Shown here: piece after piece, positions 45,441-55,402 of the stretch
How the letters are laid out: each line of letters begins with the position of its first letter
How positions within the stretch are numbered: position 1 is the first letter of the stretch
Assembly (NCBI GenBank): GCA_905234645.1
Contig: CAJOIS010000002.1
Location: forward strand, 59,326-123,325
Direction of reading: 5' to 3'
DNA length: 64,000 nt
Source: an uncultured Bacteroidales bacterium
Lineage (GTDB): Bacteria; Bacteroidota; Bacteroidia; Bacteroidales; F082
Made by a program: the position numbers and the translations under genes
The notes under the pieces: model-generated
Database searches by the model: none
Seen by the model: the letters and a program-made list of their open reading frames with translations, nothing else
What the model was told of the DNA's origin: nothing

Positions 45441-47735
45441 ATGAAAGTATTACGCTATTTCATTATCCTTGTGGCCACGGTGGTTTGTGGCAACATCTAT
45501 GCTCAGAGGAGCCAGCAGGAGTTGAATGAACTCATGCAGCAACGCAACGAATACTACTTTACCTTTTCGCTGAACGGCAGCGACGACCTCAAGGCCATTG
45601 CACACACCATTTCCGTTGACCGTGTGGATGGCAATGTGGTCACGGCATACGCCAACAACGACAACTTTGCCAAGTTCCAGCAAATGGGATACGAGGTGAC
45701 ACTGCAAACGCCGCCATCGATGCTGGAGGAGCATGCGATGTGGGACGGCAGCAACCGCGCTGAATACGATTGGGACAGCTACCCGACCTATACGGCCTAC
45801 GAGAACATGATGTTCCAATTCGCCACCGACCATCCCGACAAATGTGAAATCATCACCCTTGGCACACTGCCCAGCGGCCGTAAGATTTTGATTGCTCACC
45901 TCAACAACGGCGTTGCCGATGGCAAACCCAAGTTCCTCTACACCAGCACTATCCATGGTGACGAGACCACGGGTTGGATTATGATGCTGCGTCTCATTGA
46001 CTACCTGTTGGAGAACCCAGACGAGCCTGAGGTGCAAACCGTGATGAACAACATCGACCTCTACATCGGTCCCAACACCAACCCTGACGGCACCTATCAT
46101 GGAGGCAACAACACGGTGGGCGACGCAAAACGCGAAAACGCCAACGGCGTCGATATGAACCGCAACTACCCCGACCCGCATAGCGGGCCGCACCCAGACA
46201 ACTACGATTATCAACTCGAGACCCAGTGGCTTATGCAATTTGCCGAAGACATCCCCTTTGTGATGGCTGCCAATTACCACGGTGGTTCAGAGGTGATGAA
46301 CTATCCTTGGGACAACTCCTATACGCTCCATGCCGACGATGCATGGTGGAAACTGGTTTGTCACGAATATGCAGACCTTTGCCATGCCCACAATCAGAAT
46401 TACATGGTTCTGTACGACGAAGATGCCGAGGACGGGATTATCAACGGAGCTTTATGGTACATGATTGGCGGCGGCCGTCAAGACTACATGAACGGCTATG
46501 CCCAATGCCGCGAGGTGACCATTGAGTGTTCCAACTCGAAGCTGCCCAACGGCAACCAACTTCCAACCTTTTGGACCTACAACAAAGAAGGTATTTTCGC
46601 CTATATGATCCAATGCCTTTATGGCATCCACGGCACTGTGACCGATGCCGCCAACGGGCAACCGCTTAATGCCACCATCACTATTGAGAACCACGACGAT
46701 GCTTATTCCGTTATTGAGAGCCATTTGCCCGTAGGCGACTATCACCGTCCCATCAAGGCTGGCACCTACAATGTGACCTACACCTGCAACGGCTATTATT
46801 CCCAGACCCATACCATCACCGTGGCCGATGGCGAGACCGTCATCAAAGATGTGCAACTTGTAGCTGGCGAAGGCCTCATCCCTGACTTTCATGCCAACAC
46901 GACCAATGTCGCCCCTGGCGAAAGCGTCAACTTCACTGACAACACTTGGGGTGTCAACCTCGTCAGCTGGGTTTGGACCTTCGAAGGCGGCACACCTGCC
47001 ACTTCCAACGTCCAGAATCCGTCGGGCATCACATACGACGCTGTCGGCACCTACGATGTCACTCTCACCGTCACCAAAGAAGGCGGCCAAACCGAGACCA
47101 TCACCAAGCACGACTACATCAACGTTAGCGAATCTTACAACATGCACAACGGCACCGTCACCACCTGTAACGCCATGTTCTACGACAACGGTGGCCCGAA
47201 CGGCAACTACAGCAATCGCAAAGACTACACGATGACCTTCCTTCCCGAAGACTCCAACCACAGGATCAACGTCACCTTCCTCAGCTTCGCTACCGAAGAA
47301 GACTACGACTATCTTTACATCTATGACGGCACCTCAACATCGGCATCCCTAATCGGCACTTACGACGGCAGTAACAATCCCGGATCGGTGACCGCCACCA
47401 ATGCTTCAGGAGCGCTCACCTTCCATTTTACCTCCGACGTGGCCGTGAACGCTGCAGGCTGGACAGCACAGGTCAAATGCGTCGACATCGAAAATGTTGA
47501 CGAACTGGAATGTCAAGCCAAGGTATACCCCAACCCGAGCCAAGGCACCATCAACATTGTGACTTCGGGCGAGACGGAATACCAGCTCTGCAACAGCCTT
47601 GGGCAGCTCATTCTCTCTGGCCGATTCTACGACGAGACGCAGATCCATGCCGAAAATCTGAGCGAAGGGGTCTATTTCCTGCGCATCATTGGCGAGCAAG
47701 GCATCCAAGTCGAAAAAATTCTCATCGAAAAATAA
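45441..47735 (+). CDS. Secreted M14 zinc carboxypeptidase with PKD, CUB-like and T9SS C-terminal sorting domains
   Basis: Signal peptide; HGDETTG and NRNYP M14 motifs; PKD-like segment (VNFTDNT..YDVTLTV); CUB-like segment (YDNGGPNGNYSN..YLYIYDG); CTD reads KVYPNPSQGTINI..GVYFLRI. Confidence 0.85.
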   Translation: MKVLRYFIILVATVVCGNIYAQRSQQELNELMQQRNEYYFTFSLNGSDDLKAIAHTISVDRVDGNVVTAYANNDNFAKFQQMGYEVTLQTPPSMLEEHAMWDGSNRAEYDWDSYPTYTAYENMMFQFATDHPDKCEIITLGTLPSGRKILIAHLNNGVADGKPKFLYTSTIHGDETTGWIMMLRLIDYLLENPDEPEVQTVMNNIDLYIGPNTNPDGTYHGGNNTVGDAKRENANGVDMNRNYPDPHSGPHPDNYDYQLETQWLMQFAEDIPFVMAANYHGGSEVMNYPWDNSYTLHADDAWWKLVCHEYADLCHAHNQNYMVLYDEDAEDGIINGALWYMIGGGRQDYMNGYAQCREVTIECSNSKLPNGNQLPTFWTYNKEGIFAYMIQCLYGIHGTVTDAANGQPLNATITIENHDDAYSVIESHLPVGDYHRPIKAGTYNVTYTCNGYYSQTHTITVADGETVIKDVQLVAGEGLIPDFHANTTNVAPGESVNFTDNTWGVNLVSWVWTFEGGTPATSNVQNPSGITYDAVGTYDVTLTVTKEGGQTETITKHDYINVSESYNMHNGTVTTCNAMFYDNGGPNGNYSNRKDYTMTFLPEDSNHRINVTFLSFATEEDYDYLYIYDGTSTSASLIGTYDGSNNPGSVTATNASGALTFHFTSDVAVNAAGWTAQVKCVDIENVDELECQAKVYPNPSQGTINIVTSGETEYQLCNSLGQLILSGRFYDETQIHAENLSEGVYFLRIIGEQGIQVEKILIEK

Positions 47736-47771
47736 TCAAGGAGAAGCTATCGTTAGTAAAGCAAAAATGAG

Positions 47772-47779
47772 TAATTTTG
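47772..47779 (+). promoter_or_regulatory. -7 box (TAATTTTG) for bamD
   Basis: TAATTTTGCAGCCCGATG. The ATG follows 7 nt after the box. Confidence 0.5.
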
Positions 47780-47786
47780 CAGCCCG

Positions 47787-48584
47787 ATGAAAAAGAGACT
47801 TTTGATACTGGCAGTTTTGGGTCTTATCGCCTTTGCCTCGTGCAACGACTTCAACCGCATGGTGAAAAGCACCGACAACGAGATGAAATACGAGGTGGCG
47901 ATGGATTTCTATGAGCGTGGCGACTACAACCACGCCCTACAGCTATTCGACCTGCTGCAAGCCTCATTCCGCAACACCCCAAAAGGAGAAGCCATCACCT
48001 ATCGGACTGCGCAATGCTACTATTGGCAAGGTGAATATGAAATTGCCAGTTATTACTACAACCGTTTCGTCCAGATGTATCCCTTCTCAAAAGACGCTGA
48101 GAAGGCGGCATTCATGAGCGCCTACTGCAGTTACATGCTTTCGCCTGAGTCGGGGCTGGACCAAACCAACACCCACGACGCAATCAAGCAACTGAGGAGC
48201 TTCATGGATCGCTATCCTGAAAGCGACAGTTTGAGCCGCGCCGAGTACCTTTTGACCGACCTTAACAACAAACTTGAAGAGAAGGACTACAACATGTGCC
48301 GTCTCTTCTACCGCATGGAGAACTACAGCGCTGCCATCACCTCGTTCGAGAACATGCTGAAGAAATATCCCAACACGACACACCGCGAGGAGATTCTCTA
48401 CCAAATGGCCAAGACCTATTACGACTTTGCCGAGAACAGCATCACCGAAAAGCAACGTGAGCGTTTCGAGTCGTGCGTCGAGCATTGCAACACCTTGTCG
48501 TACCTCTATCCCAACAGCAAATACCTGCAAGATGTGAACGGCATTGCCGCCAAAGCAAGAAAGAGATTAGAAAAACTACAATAA
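47787..48584 (+). CDS. bamD: Outer membrane protein assembly factor BamD
   Basis: Lipobox FASC and a TPR-like repeat body. The conserved neighbourhood has rpoZ downstream. Confidence 0.8.
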   Translation: MKKRLLILAVLGLIAFASCNDFNRMVKSTDNEMKYEVAMDFYERGDYNHALQLFDLLQASFRNTPKGEAITYRTAQCYYWQGEYEIASYYYNRFVQMYPFSKDAEKAAFMSAYCSYMLSPESGLDQTNTHDAIKQLRSFMDRYPESDSLSRAEYLLTDLNNKLEEKDYNMCRLFYRMENYSAAITSFENMLKKYPNTTHREEILYQMAKTYYDFAENSITEKQRERFESCVEHCNTLSYLYPNSKYLQDVNGIAAKARKRLEKLQ

Positions 48585-48586
48585 CC

Positions 48587-48925
48587 ATGGATTTCAAGAA
48601 AATTAAGACCGAAACGACGGTTGTCACCCGTCAGAAAGATCAGTTCTACAAAGGCACTGGCAACATTTACGAAACCGTTGCCATCCTTTCCATCAGGGCC
48701 AACCAGATTGCCTCCGAAATGAAAGCCGAGCTCAACGAGAAGATTGAATCGTTCGCCGCTGCCACCAACGACAGTTTGGAAGAAGTCTTCGAGAACAAGG
48801 AGCAAATCGAAATCGCCAAGTTCTACGAGCGCCTTCCCAAGCCCACACTGATTGCCATCCACGAGTTCCTGAACGACCAGATCTATTTCCGTAATCCGGC
48901 CAAGGAACAACAGGACGCTTTCTGA
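48587..48925 (+). CDS. rpoZ: RNA polymerase omega subunit-like protein (Bacteroidota type)
   Basis: Called from its position right after bamD, the IYETVAILSIRANQIA motif, and the terminator that follows. The ATG at 48587 is chosen over the track start, which overlaps bamD. Confidence 0.6.
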   Translation: MDFKKIKTETTVVTRQKDQFYKGTGNIYETVAILSIRANQIASEMKAELNEKIESFAAATNDSLEEVFENKEQIEIAKFYERLPKPTLIAIHEFLNDQIYFRNPAKEQQDAF

Positions 48926-48942
48926 GTCCTCCATGAAACAAG

Positions 48943-48973
48943 CGCCAAAGCCTTAGGCCTTGGCGTTTTTTTT
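48943..48973 (+). terminator. Intrinsic terminator after rpoZ
   Basis: CGCCAAAGCC-tta-GGCCTTGGCG followed by T8. Confidence 0.7.
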
Positions 48974-49006
48974 GACCGCTAAACAACCCAAAGAAGAAAC
49001 AACGCC

Positions 49007-49924
49007 ATGAAAAGAGCATTATCCGTCATACTCATACTTTTCGGCATCTTGATGACCGCTAACGGCTTGAAGGCGCAAGAACTGCAGTGCAATGTACGCG
49101 TCACCTCCAACAAGGTGGAAGGCAGCGACAAGACCATATACCAAAACCTGCAAACCGCCATCAACGAATTCATCAACAACACGAAATTCACGGACATCAA
49201 TATCAAGACGGCGGAAAGGATTGAATGTTCAATGCTTGTGGACGTGAAAAGCAGGGAAGGCGACTACTTCTCTGCCGAAATCAATCTGGCTTTGCGCCGA
49301 CCCGTCTACAAGTCGAACTACAACACGCCCTTATTCAACTACATCGACCGCAAGTTCTTCTTTGAATACACCGACGGACAGGCTCTCGACTTCAACCCCA
49401 ACACCTATATCACAAACATCACCAGCACCTTGGGGTTTTATGTTTACCTCTTCCTCGGCATGGAATTTGACTCTTTCTCCCCCAACGGTGGAGACCCCTT
49501 CTTTGCCATTGCAGAGACCATTGCCAATGCCGCACCGCAGGAAGCCGGAACCGAAAACGGATGGAATTCAACGGGACGTCAGAACCGTTATGCCATCATC
49601 AGCGAGATCAACAACCAAACTTACCAACCGCTGCGTCAGTTCATGTACGATTACCATCGCAGAGGACTCGATGTCATGGCAGAACATCCCGAGCAAGGCC
49701 GCGAAGCCATATTGGAGGCGTTGGCACAGCTTCAAGGTGTTTATGAACGCAATTCCATGTGCTACTTCCTTCAACTGCTTATCGAAAGCAAACGCGACGA
49801 GATCATTCAGATCTTCTCACAAGGAGAGCAAAAAATCAGGGTCGAGGCTTCCAACATAATGAAGCGAATCGACCCGTCGCAGTCGTCACGCTACGACGCC
49901 ATGCTTCAGAATCCAGGCTACTAA
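49007..49924 (+). CDS. DUF4835-like exported protein
   Basis: Signal peptide. The conserved bamD-rpoZ-X-recN position matches what I recall for Bacteroidales. Confidence 0.6.
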   Translation: MKRALSVILILFGILMTANGLKAQELQCNVRVTSNKVEGSDKTIYQNLQTAINEFINNTKFTDINIKTAERIECSMLVDVKSREGDYFSAEINLALRRPVYKSNYNTPLFNYIDRKFFFEYTDGQALDFNPNTYITNITSTLGFYVYLFLGMEFDSFSPNGGDPFFAIAETIANAAPQEAGTENGWNSTGRQNRYAIISEINNQTYQPLRQFMYDYHRRGLDVMAEHPEQGREAILEALAQLQGVYERNSMCYFLQLLIESKRDEIIQIFSQGEQKIRVEASNIMKRIDPSQSSRYDAMLQNPGY

Positions 49925-49939
49925 CCAGCCCCTAGTTTT

Positions 49940-51595
49940 ATGCTTAAGCAATTGCATATCAGCAATTACGCATTGATTGACGAGCTGGATGTCAGCTTCG
50001 AAAGGGGATTTAATGTCATCACTGGAGAGACCGGTGCCGGCAAGTCCATCTTGCTCGGCGCTTTGAGTTTTGCTTTGGGCGAACGCGCCGACACAGGCGT
50101 ACTTTACGACAAGGAGAAGAAATGCGTGGTAGAGGCTCTGTTTGCGTTGGATGACGATAACCTCAAGCCGTTATTTGCCGAAAACGACATCGATTTCGAG
50201 AAGGAATGTCTCTTCCGCCGCGAGCTCAACCCACAAAAGAAAAGCCGCGCTTTCATCAACGACACACCTGTATCACTTCAGACGATGAAAGGGATTGGAG
50301 ACCTGCTGGTCGACATCCACTCGCAACATGACTCCCTCCTACTCACCGATGCCGACTTCCAACTAAGGCTTTTGGACGAAATAGCACAAAACGAAGCAGT
50401 GTTGTCGGATTACCAAGCGGAATTTGGCCATTACAACGTTTACAAACGGAAGCTGAGCGAGCTGAAGGATGTCGCCACAAAAAACACAGCCGAAAACGAC
50501 TATCTGAAATTCCAGCTGGAGGAACTTGATAAGGCGGAACTGAAAGAAGGCGAATACACCGACATTGAGCAAACACTCAGTGTAATGGAAAACGCCGAAG
50601 AGATCAAGACGTTGCTCGTCACTGCCAACGGCTTGCTGGATGGTTCCGAGGACGCCATGCTGGGGCAATGCAACGAACTCGCTTCCTCTCTCCATAAATT
50701 AGGGCTGCTGTTGCCCGACACGGCAGAGTTGGCAGAGCGTATTGAGAACTTGAAAGTCGAGCTGAAAGACATCGCTTACGACCTGCGCCGCAAGGAAGAT
50801 GAGACTCAATTTGACGAAGGACAGCTGCAAAGCTTACAAGAACGCTACGATCTGCTCAGCCGTCTGATGATGAAACACCATGCCGCCGACTTCGAAGCGC
50901 TGATTGCGTTACGAGATAGCATAAAAGAAAAAGTGAGCGCTTTCGAGAACATCGACGAGGCGATTGCCAAGGCGCAGCAGCAGTTGGATGAAAGCATGAG
51001 GCTGCTCTCGCAAAAAGCGAAAGTCCTTCACGATAGGCGTTGCATGGCGGCAACGGCTTTCGGAGAAAAAGTCAGCGCATTGGTAAAACAACTGGCCATG
51101 CCATTTGCCGTGTTTCAGGTAGAGGTGCAGCACCAAGAGGGCTTCGGCAGCAAAGGCAACGATGAAGTCAGGTTCCTCTTTTCCGCCAACAAAGGCATCG
51201 CTGCCGATGACATCCGTCGAGTGGCATCGGGCGGTGAACTGTCGCGCCTGATGCTTGCCATCAAGAGTGCCGTTTCGGACTACAACTACATCCCCACCCT
51301 TATCTTCGACGAAATCGACACAGGCGTCTCGGGCGAGGTGGCGGCCAAGATTGGTGGCATCATGCGACAGATGGGACAAGCATTGCAACTCATCTCCATC
51401 ACTCACCTGCCCCAAGTGGCGAGCCAAGCCGAGCACCATTACTTCATTTACAAAGACAACGAAGGCGAACGCACGCAATCGCACATTCGCCTGTTGGATT
51501 CCGCTGAGCGCATCGGCGAAATCGCCAAGATGCTCAGCAACGACAAGGTCACTCCCGAAGCTTTGAAAGCAGCGGAAGTGCTGTTGAAGAACTAA
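49940..51595 (+). CDS. recN: DNA repair protein RecN
   Basis: N-terminal GETGAGKSIL, long coiled coil, and C-terminal SGGELSRLMLA..FDEIDTGVSG. Confidence 0.9.
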   Translation: MLKQLHISNYALIDELDVSFERGFNVITGETGAGKSILLGALSFALGERADTGVLYDKEKKCVVEALFALDDDNLKPLFAENDIDFEKECLFRRELNPQKKSRAFINDTPVSLQTMKGIGDLLVDIHSQHDSLLLTDADFQLRLLDEIAQNEAVLSDYQAEFGHYNVYKRKLSELKDVATKNTAENDYLKFQLEELDKAELKEGEYTDIEQTLSVMENAEEIKTLLVTANGLLDGSEDAMLGQCNELASSLHKLGLLLPDTAELAERIENLKVELKDIAYDLRRKEDETQFDEGQLQSLQERYDLLSRLMMKHHAADFEALIALRDSIKEKVSAFENIDEAIAKAQQQLDESMRLLSQKAKVLHDRRCMAATAFGEKVSALVKQLAMPFAVFQVEVQHQEGFGSKGNDEVRFLFSANKGIAADDIRRVASGGELSRLMLAIKSAVSDYNYIPTLIFDEIDTGVSGEVAAKIGGIMRQMGQALQLISITHLPQVASQAEHHYFIYKDNEGERTQSHIRLLDSAERIGEIAKMLSNDKVTPEALKAAEVLLKN

Positions 51596-53578
51596 TCAAT
51601 TCCGTTTCAAGAACTTCACCGTCAAGACTGCGTCGTTTTCATCCACAATGCGGACGAAATAAACGCCTACGGGCCATGCGCTCACCTCAACAGTATTTTC
51701 TGCTCCTTGATGCATCATCTGTCCAAGGGCATTGAACACCTTGACTTCCTTTACATTGCCTTCGATAGTGAAGCGGTCAGCGGCAGGATTGGGATAAATT
51801 GCTTGCGTTAGCTCTTGTTCAGCAACGCTATTGGGATCGCAATTCATCTCATATTCAGTGATTTCACCTACTGTCGGATAGCCATTGGAAGCCGCAATCA
51901 AGATGTCATTCCAGTCATAAATTTCGTATGAGACCTCTTGGAGGCTGCCATGCGAATAGCAGGTGTTGTCGTAAGTCCAGAAGAACGTCACCGTCTGGTC
52001 GCTAGGCAATTGGGCAGTGATAGTGGCGGAGCCACCATCCCACAAGCCCACACGTTGTGAAACCTTACCATCCTCATCCAGCACGGCGATGGACGACAAA
52101 TCCCAGCCATTATTGCCACTGTCGGCAAGTTCGAAGCGGACATCGCAGGTGTTGCCTACCATAACGGTGTCGCGGGCCACCTTACTCATGCCCTCCTGGT
52201 TTCCGGCATACACCGTATAATAATAGGTGCCGTTTTTCTCCACCTCATCCTTATAAATTACCTGAGGCTCTGTCACATCCATCAAGACATCGATCAACAC
52301 GCCGTCACGCATGATACAGATGGATTCAATCATAGTAGATTCGCCTCCACGGGTTTCAAAGACGGGATTGAAGGTCAATGTTACAATCATCGAATCCGCT
52401 GTAGCTTCCAGGTTTTCCACCGCCTTCGGTGCATCGTAATATTCATCCACGGGATGCAGGTTAAAGACGGCATTATGCCACCAAGGGAAAGAATAGAATG
52501 TCAGATAGAAGCCGTCGATGGCAAAATAGCCATTATCGAAACCTCCCCAACCCCAATTGACATGGAAGAAATACCAATCGTCATAACCGTCCACCACATA
52601 GGCGTGACCACCATCAGAACCGGAAGAGGCATAATACAGCGGCATCCCGCCGTCAAGATTATTCATCAGGTCTTCTTCCCAACTATAGGAATACTCTTGA
52701 TAAGTATGCCAATAATCGGAGCTGTATCTGAAATGGCTTTCCATGGCGGGTCCGACATTCTCCGAATAGGCACCACTGCCATTGGGGCCGTACATCATGT
52801 CGACGCTCACGCCTGCATGATATTCTAGTAATGCCGTGGCATCCACCTCGGCTTGAGGGCTGGCGAAATCGAGAAAGTCAGGCATTAACTCGAAACGGTA
52901 GGTAGCCGCGCCAAAGTCGGCCTCCTGCCAACCATAACTGCCATAATCGGTGTCGGCATAGTAGCCATACGTGCCTTCACCCGAGCGGGGCCATTCCCAA
53001 TAACGCATGATTTGGCTCATCGTGTTGGCGACACATCCTGACTTGCAATGGCCGCTGTAGACCGAGTTGGGGTCTTCAGGCGCCATGTTGTTATAGAGGT
53101 CGGTCTGGTTCCAAATGGAAGCCAGTAAAGGCTCAACGCTGCGGTTCGCTTTTCGGGAACTCAACATACCTGTTTTTGCCAAACTTGTCCAATCGGCAAC
53201 AGCTTCTGCGGTACGCTCGTCGTTATTAGCAAACATCTGGGTAAAGCCTGCTTGGTAGTTGTCGAAGAAGGTCATCAGGCCATCGGGCAACTGGGCAGAG
53301 AAGTTGCTCTCTGTGGAATAGCCCAAGATAGGTTTGGCGCGGTCGTCGGCCGACACAATAACAAAGCCCTTGGGTCGCACGGCAAATACATAGAACGCCG
53401 GTTGTCCATTCTCGGCATAAGCCGTATAGGTCAGTTCAGCGGCATTCGCCTTGACAGCCGTATTGGCTTTCATAAACTTGACACCCAACGACTTGGCCAT
53501 TGTGACATCTACAGGGCTGGCTTGCATGGCACCCGACAACAGGGCAACACACAATAGCGTTAAGATAGTTCTTTTCAT
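51596..53578 (-). CDS. Secreted C10 (streptopain/interpain-type) cysteine protease with T9SS C-terminal domain
   Basis: Signal peptide, catalytic Cys region SGCVANTMSQIMRYW, His region GGHAYVVDGY, and CTD IYPNPAADRF..GVYFVRI. Confidence 0.85.
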   Translation of the reverse strand: MKRTILTLLCVALLSGAMQASPVDVTMAKSLGVKFMKANTAVKANAAELTYTAYAENGQPAFYVFAVRPKGFVIVSADDRAKPILGYSTESNFSAQLPDGLMTFFDNYQAGFTQMFANNDERTAEAVADWTSLAKTGMLSSRKANRSVEPLLASIWNQTDLYNNMAPEDPNSVYSGHCKSGCVANTMSQIMRYWEWPRSGEGTYGYYADTDYGSYGWQEADFGAATYRFELMPDFLDFASPQAEVDATALLEYHAGVSVDMMYGPNGSGAYSENVGPAMESHFRYSSDYWHTYQEYSYSWEEDLMNNLDGGMPLYYASSGSDGGHAYVVDGYDDWYFFHVNWGWGGFDNGYFAIDGFYLTFYSFPWWHNAVFNLHPVDEYYDAPKAVENLEATADSMIVTLTFNPVFETRGGESTMIESICIMRDGVLIDVLMDVTEPQVIYKDEVEKNGTYYYTVYAGNQEGMSKVARDTVMVGNTCDVRFELADSGNNGWDLSSIAVLDEDGKVSQRVGLWDGGSATITAQLPSDQTVTFFWTYDNTCYSHGSLQEVSYEIYDWNDILIAASNGYPTVGEITEYEMNCDPNSVAEQELTQAIYPNPAADRFTIEGNVKEVKVFNALGQMMHQGAENTVEVSAWPVGVYFVRIVDENDAVLTVKFLKRN

Positions 53579-53600
53579 AGTATTGTTTTTTTTATAATTA

Positions 53601-53966
53601 TCAGTCCGTATTCTTCACCAACAAAAACGCATCTTTATCATTCTCTTTCGGCACATAGCCTTGGTCGTAGACGAAATGGTAGACGGCACCCGCCTTGGTG
53701 GTGTACGTGCTGGTAAAATACTTGAAGTCAAAGCCTTTCTCGGTGAGTTGCTGTCTGCTGGCGAAGCCTTTCCCATTGGGATTCAGTTCTTGCAGGATAG
53801 TATGGTTTCTGGCCAAGATGCCGTTAATCTTCCTGACCACGTTGATTTGCTTGTGGGTCTTTTCGTAGTTATAGCTGTTGCGGCACGAGTCGCAGCAGAA
53901 CTTCTTGTCCATGCGGCCGATGATGGGTTCACCGCAATAGAGGCATTTTCTTTTCTCTTCTTCCAT
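53601..53966 (-). CDS. Zinc-ribbon (DUF2116-like) protein
   Basis: CLYCGEPI..CCDSCRN N-terminal ribbon. Confidence 0.5.
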   Translation of the reverse strand: MEEEKRKCLYCGEPIIGRMDKKFCCDSCRNSYNYEKTHKQINVVRKINGILARNHTILQELNPNGKGFASRQQLTEKGFDFKYFTSTYTTKAGAVYHFVYDQGYVPKENDKDAFLLVKNTD

Positions 53967-54009
53967 ATTAGTCAGTTGTTCAGTTAGCAGTTGTTCAGTT
54001 GTCCAGTTT
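53967..54009 (-). repeat. Tandem octamer leader (CAACTGAA-like x5) filling the whole gap upstream of the Zn-ribbon gene
   Basis: The plus strand reads atta-GTCAGTTG-TTCAGTTA-GCAGTTG-TTCAGTTG-TCCAGTTT. Confidence 0.75.
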
Positions 54010-54655
54010 ATTTGGTAAAGACATAACGCAAGATGTTCGCACCCATCTTCAAGGCTTTTTCACGCGTCTCTTGCGAGTCGTGGTGAACGCGTTGATCTTC
54101 CCAGCCGTCACCGAGGTCGCATTCGTAGGTGAAGATGCAAACGATACGCCCTTCATAAATTAAGGCAAAGAGTTGGGGCGGCTTGTTGTCGTGTTCATGG
54201 ATCTTCGGCAAACCATTTGGAAACGAGTATGGCTTTTGGAAAATCTCATGCGTATAGGGCAGCTCCACGAAGTCCAGCTCAGGAAACACCTTCTTCATTT
54301 GAGGCTCTATGTATTGCCGGATACCGTAGTTGTCGTCGATATGGAGGAAACCGCCTGCCAGCATATAGTTGCGGAGATTCTGTGCCTCGGCAGCATCGAA
54401 GACCACGTTGCCGTGACCCGTCATATAGACGTAGGGATAGTTGAACAGATCCGGACTCGAAGGCTCCACGGTAGGCACGTTCGGGTTGATGTCCGTGCCA
54501 ATCTCCTGGTTGCAGAACCGCACCAAATTGGGCAACGAAGTCGGGTTGCCGTACCAGTCTCCTCCCCCACGGTATTTCAGCAAGGCAATGTTGAGTTGCT
54601 GGGCCGAGGCAACAAAGGAAAACGACAGTAATATGACGATCAACAACTTCTTCAT
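54008..54655 (-). CDS. DUF4159-like exported protein
   Basis: The signal peptide starts at MKKLLIVILL (ATG 54655, ATGA overlap with the rsmE stop). Has the LKYRGGGDWYGNPTSLPNL motif. Confidence 0.65.
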   Translation of the reverse strand: MKKLLIVILLSFSFVASAQQLNIALLKYRGGGDWYGNPTSLPNLVRFCNQEIGTDINPNVPTVEPSSPDLFNYPYVYMTGHGNVVFDAAEAQNLRNYMLAGGFLHIDDNYGIRQYIEPQMKKVFPELDFVELPYTHEIFQKPYSFPNGLPKIHEHDNKPPQLFALIYEGRIVCIFTYECDLGDGWEDQRVHHDSQETREKALKMGANILRYVFTK

Positions 54656-55359
54656 TTCATTTGGTTGATAAGTTGAATGGTATGGCAAGCCACCATGGCT
54701 GCTGTTTCGGTACGTAGTCTCGCCTCGCCTAAACTGCACGGCACGAAGCCGTTTTCTTTGGCTAGGGTCACTTCCTCGGGACTAAAATCGCCCTCAGGAC
54801 CGATGAGCACCATGACGTTCTCGCCTTTCTTATATAGGTCGCAGAGACAGTCTTTCACTTCGTCGTCAATCCAAGCGATGAACTTCTGTCCCTCAAAAGG
54901 TTGTTTTACCAGTTTATCGAATGGCACCAGATCCTCGACCTTGGGCAATCTCGACTTGATGCTCTGCTTCATCGCTGCAACCATCACTTTCTGAAAACGA
55001 TCCACGTTGGCGGCACGGCGTTCGGAATGATAGGAGGTGAAGAGACGCACCTTGTCGATGCCTATCTCCGTGGCCTTCTCGAGAAACCACTCCGTTCGCT
55101 CGTTGAGCTTGGTGGGCGCGATGGCAATTTCGAGGGTGAAGCCCCAGTGATCATACCCTTTGCGCTGGTTCGTCAGGTTGACGGTGGCCCGCTTCGGCAA
55201 GGCCTCTACCAGCTCGGCGTCGAAGATATAGCCTTCGCCGTTGGTGACACAGAAACGCTCGCCTTCGGTCATGCGCAGCACCTTGACGCAGTGCTTCGAC
55301 TCGTCCTCGGGGAGGGTCGTCAGGCCTTCGGTGGCTCCAGGTATGTAGAAAACGTTCAT
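54652..55359 (-). CDS. rsmE: 16S rRNA (uracil1498-N3)-methyltransferase
   Basis: HCVKVLRM.. PUA-like N-terminus and the C-terminal IGPEGDFSPEE..LG.RLRTETAA motif. Confidence 0.85.
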   Translation of the reverse strand: MNVFYIPGATEGLTTLPEDESKHCVKVLRMTEGERFCVTNGEGYIFDAELVEALPKRATVNLTNQRKGYDHWGFTLEIAIAPTKLNERTEWFLEKATEIGIDKVRLFTSYHSERRAANVDRFQKVMVAAMKQSIKSRLPKVEDLVPFDKLVKQPFEGQKFIAWIDDEVKDCLCDLYKKGENVMVLIGPEGDFSPEEVTLAKENGFVPCSLGEARLRTETAAMVACHTIQLINQMK

Positions 55360-55402
55360 CTATTCTGTCTTTCGGCTGCCACGATGTGACAGCCCTACAA
55401 CA

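Noticed and set aside
45450-47261. Long minus-strand ORFs (276 and 269 aa) antisense to the M14 peptidase gene
   Set aside because: The same artefact. The plus frame carries the signal peptide, M14, PKD and CTD motifs.
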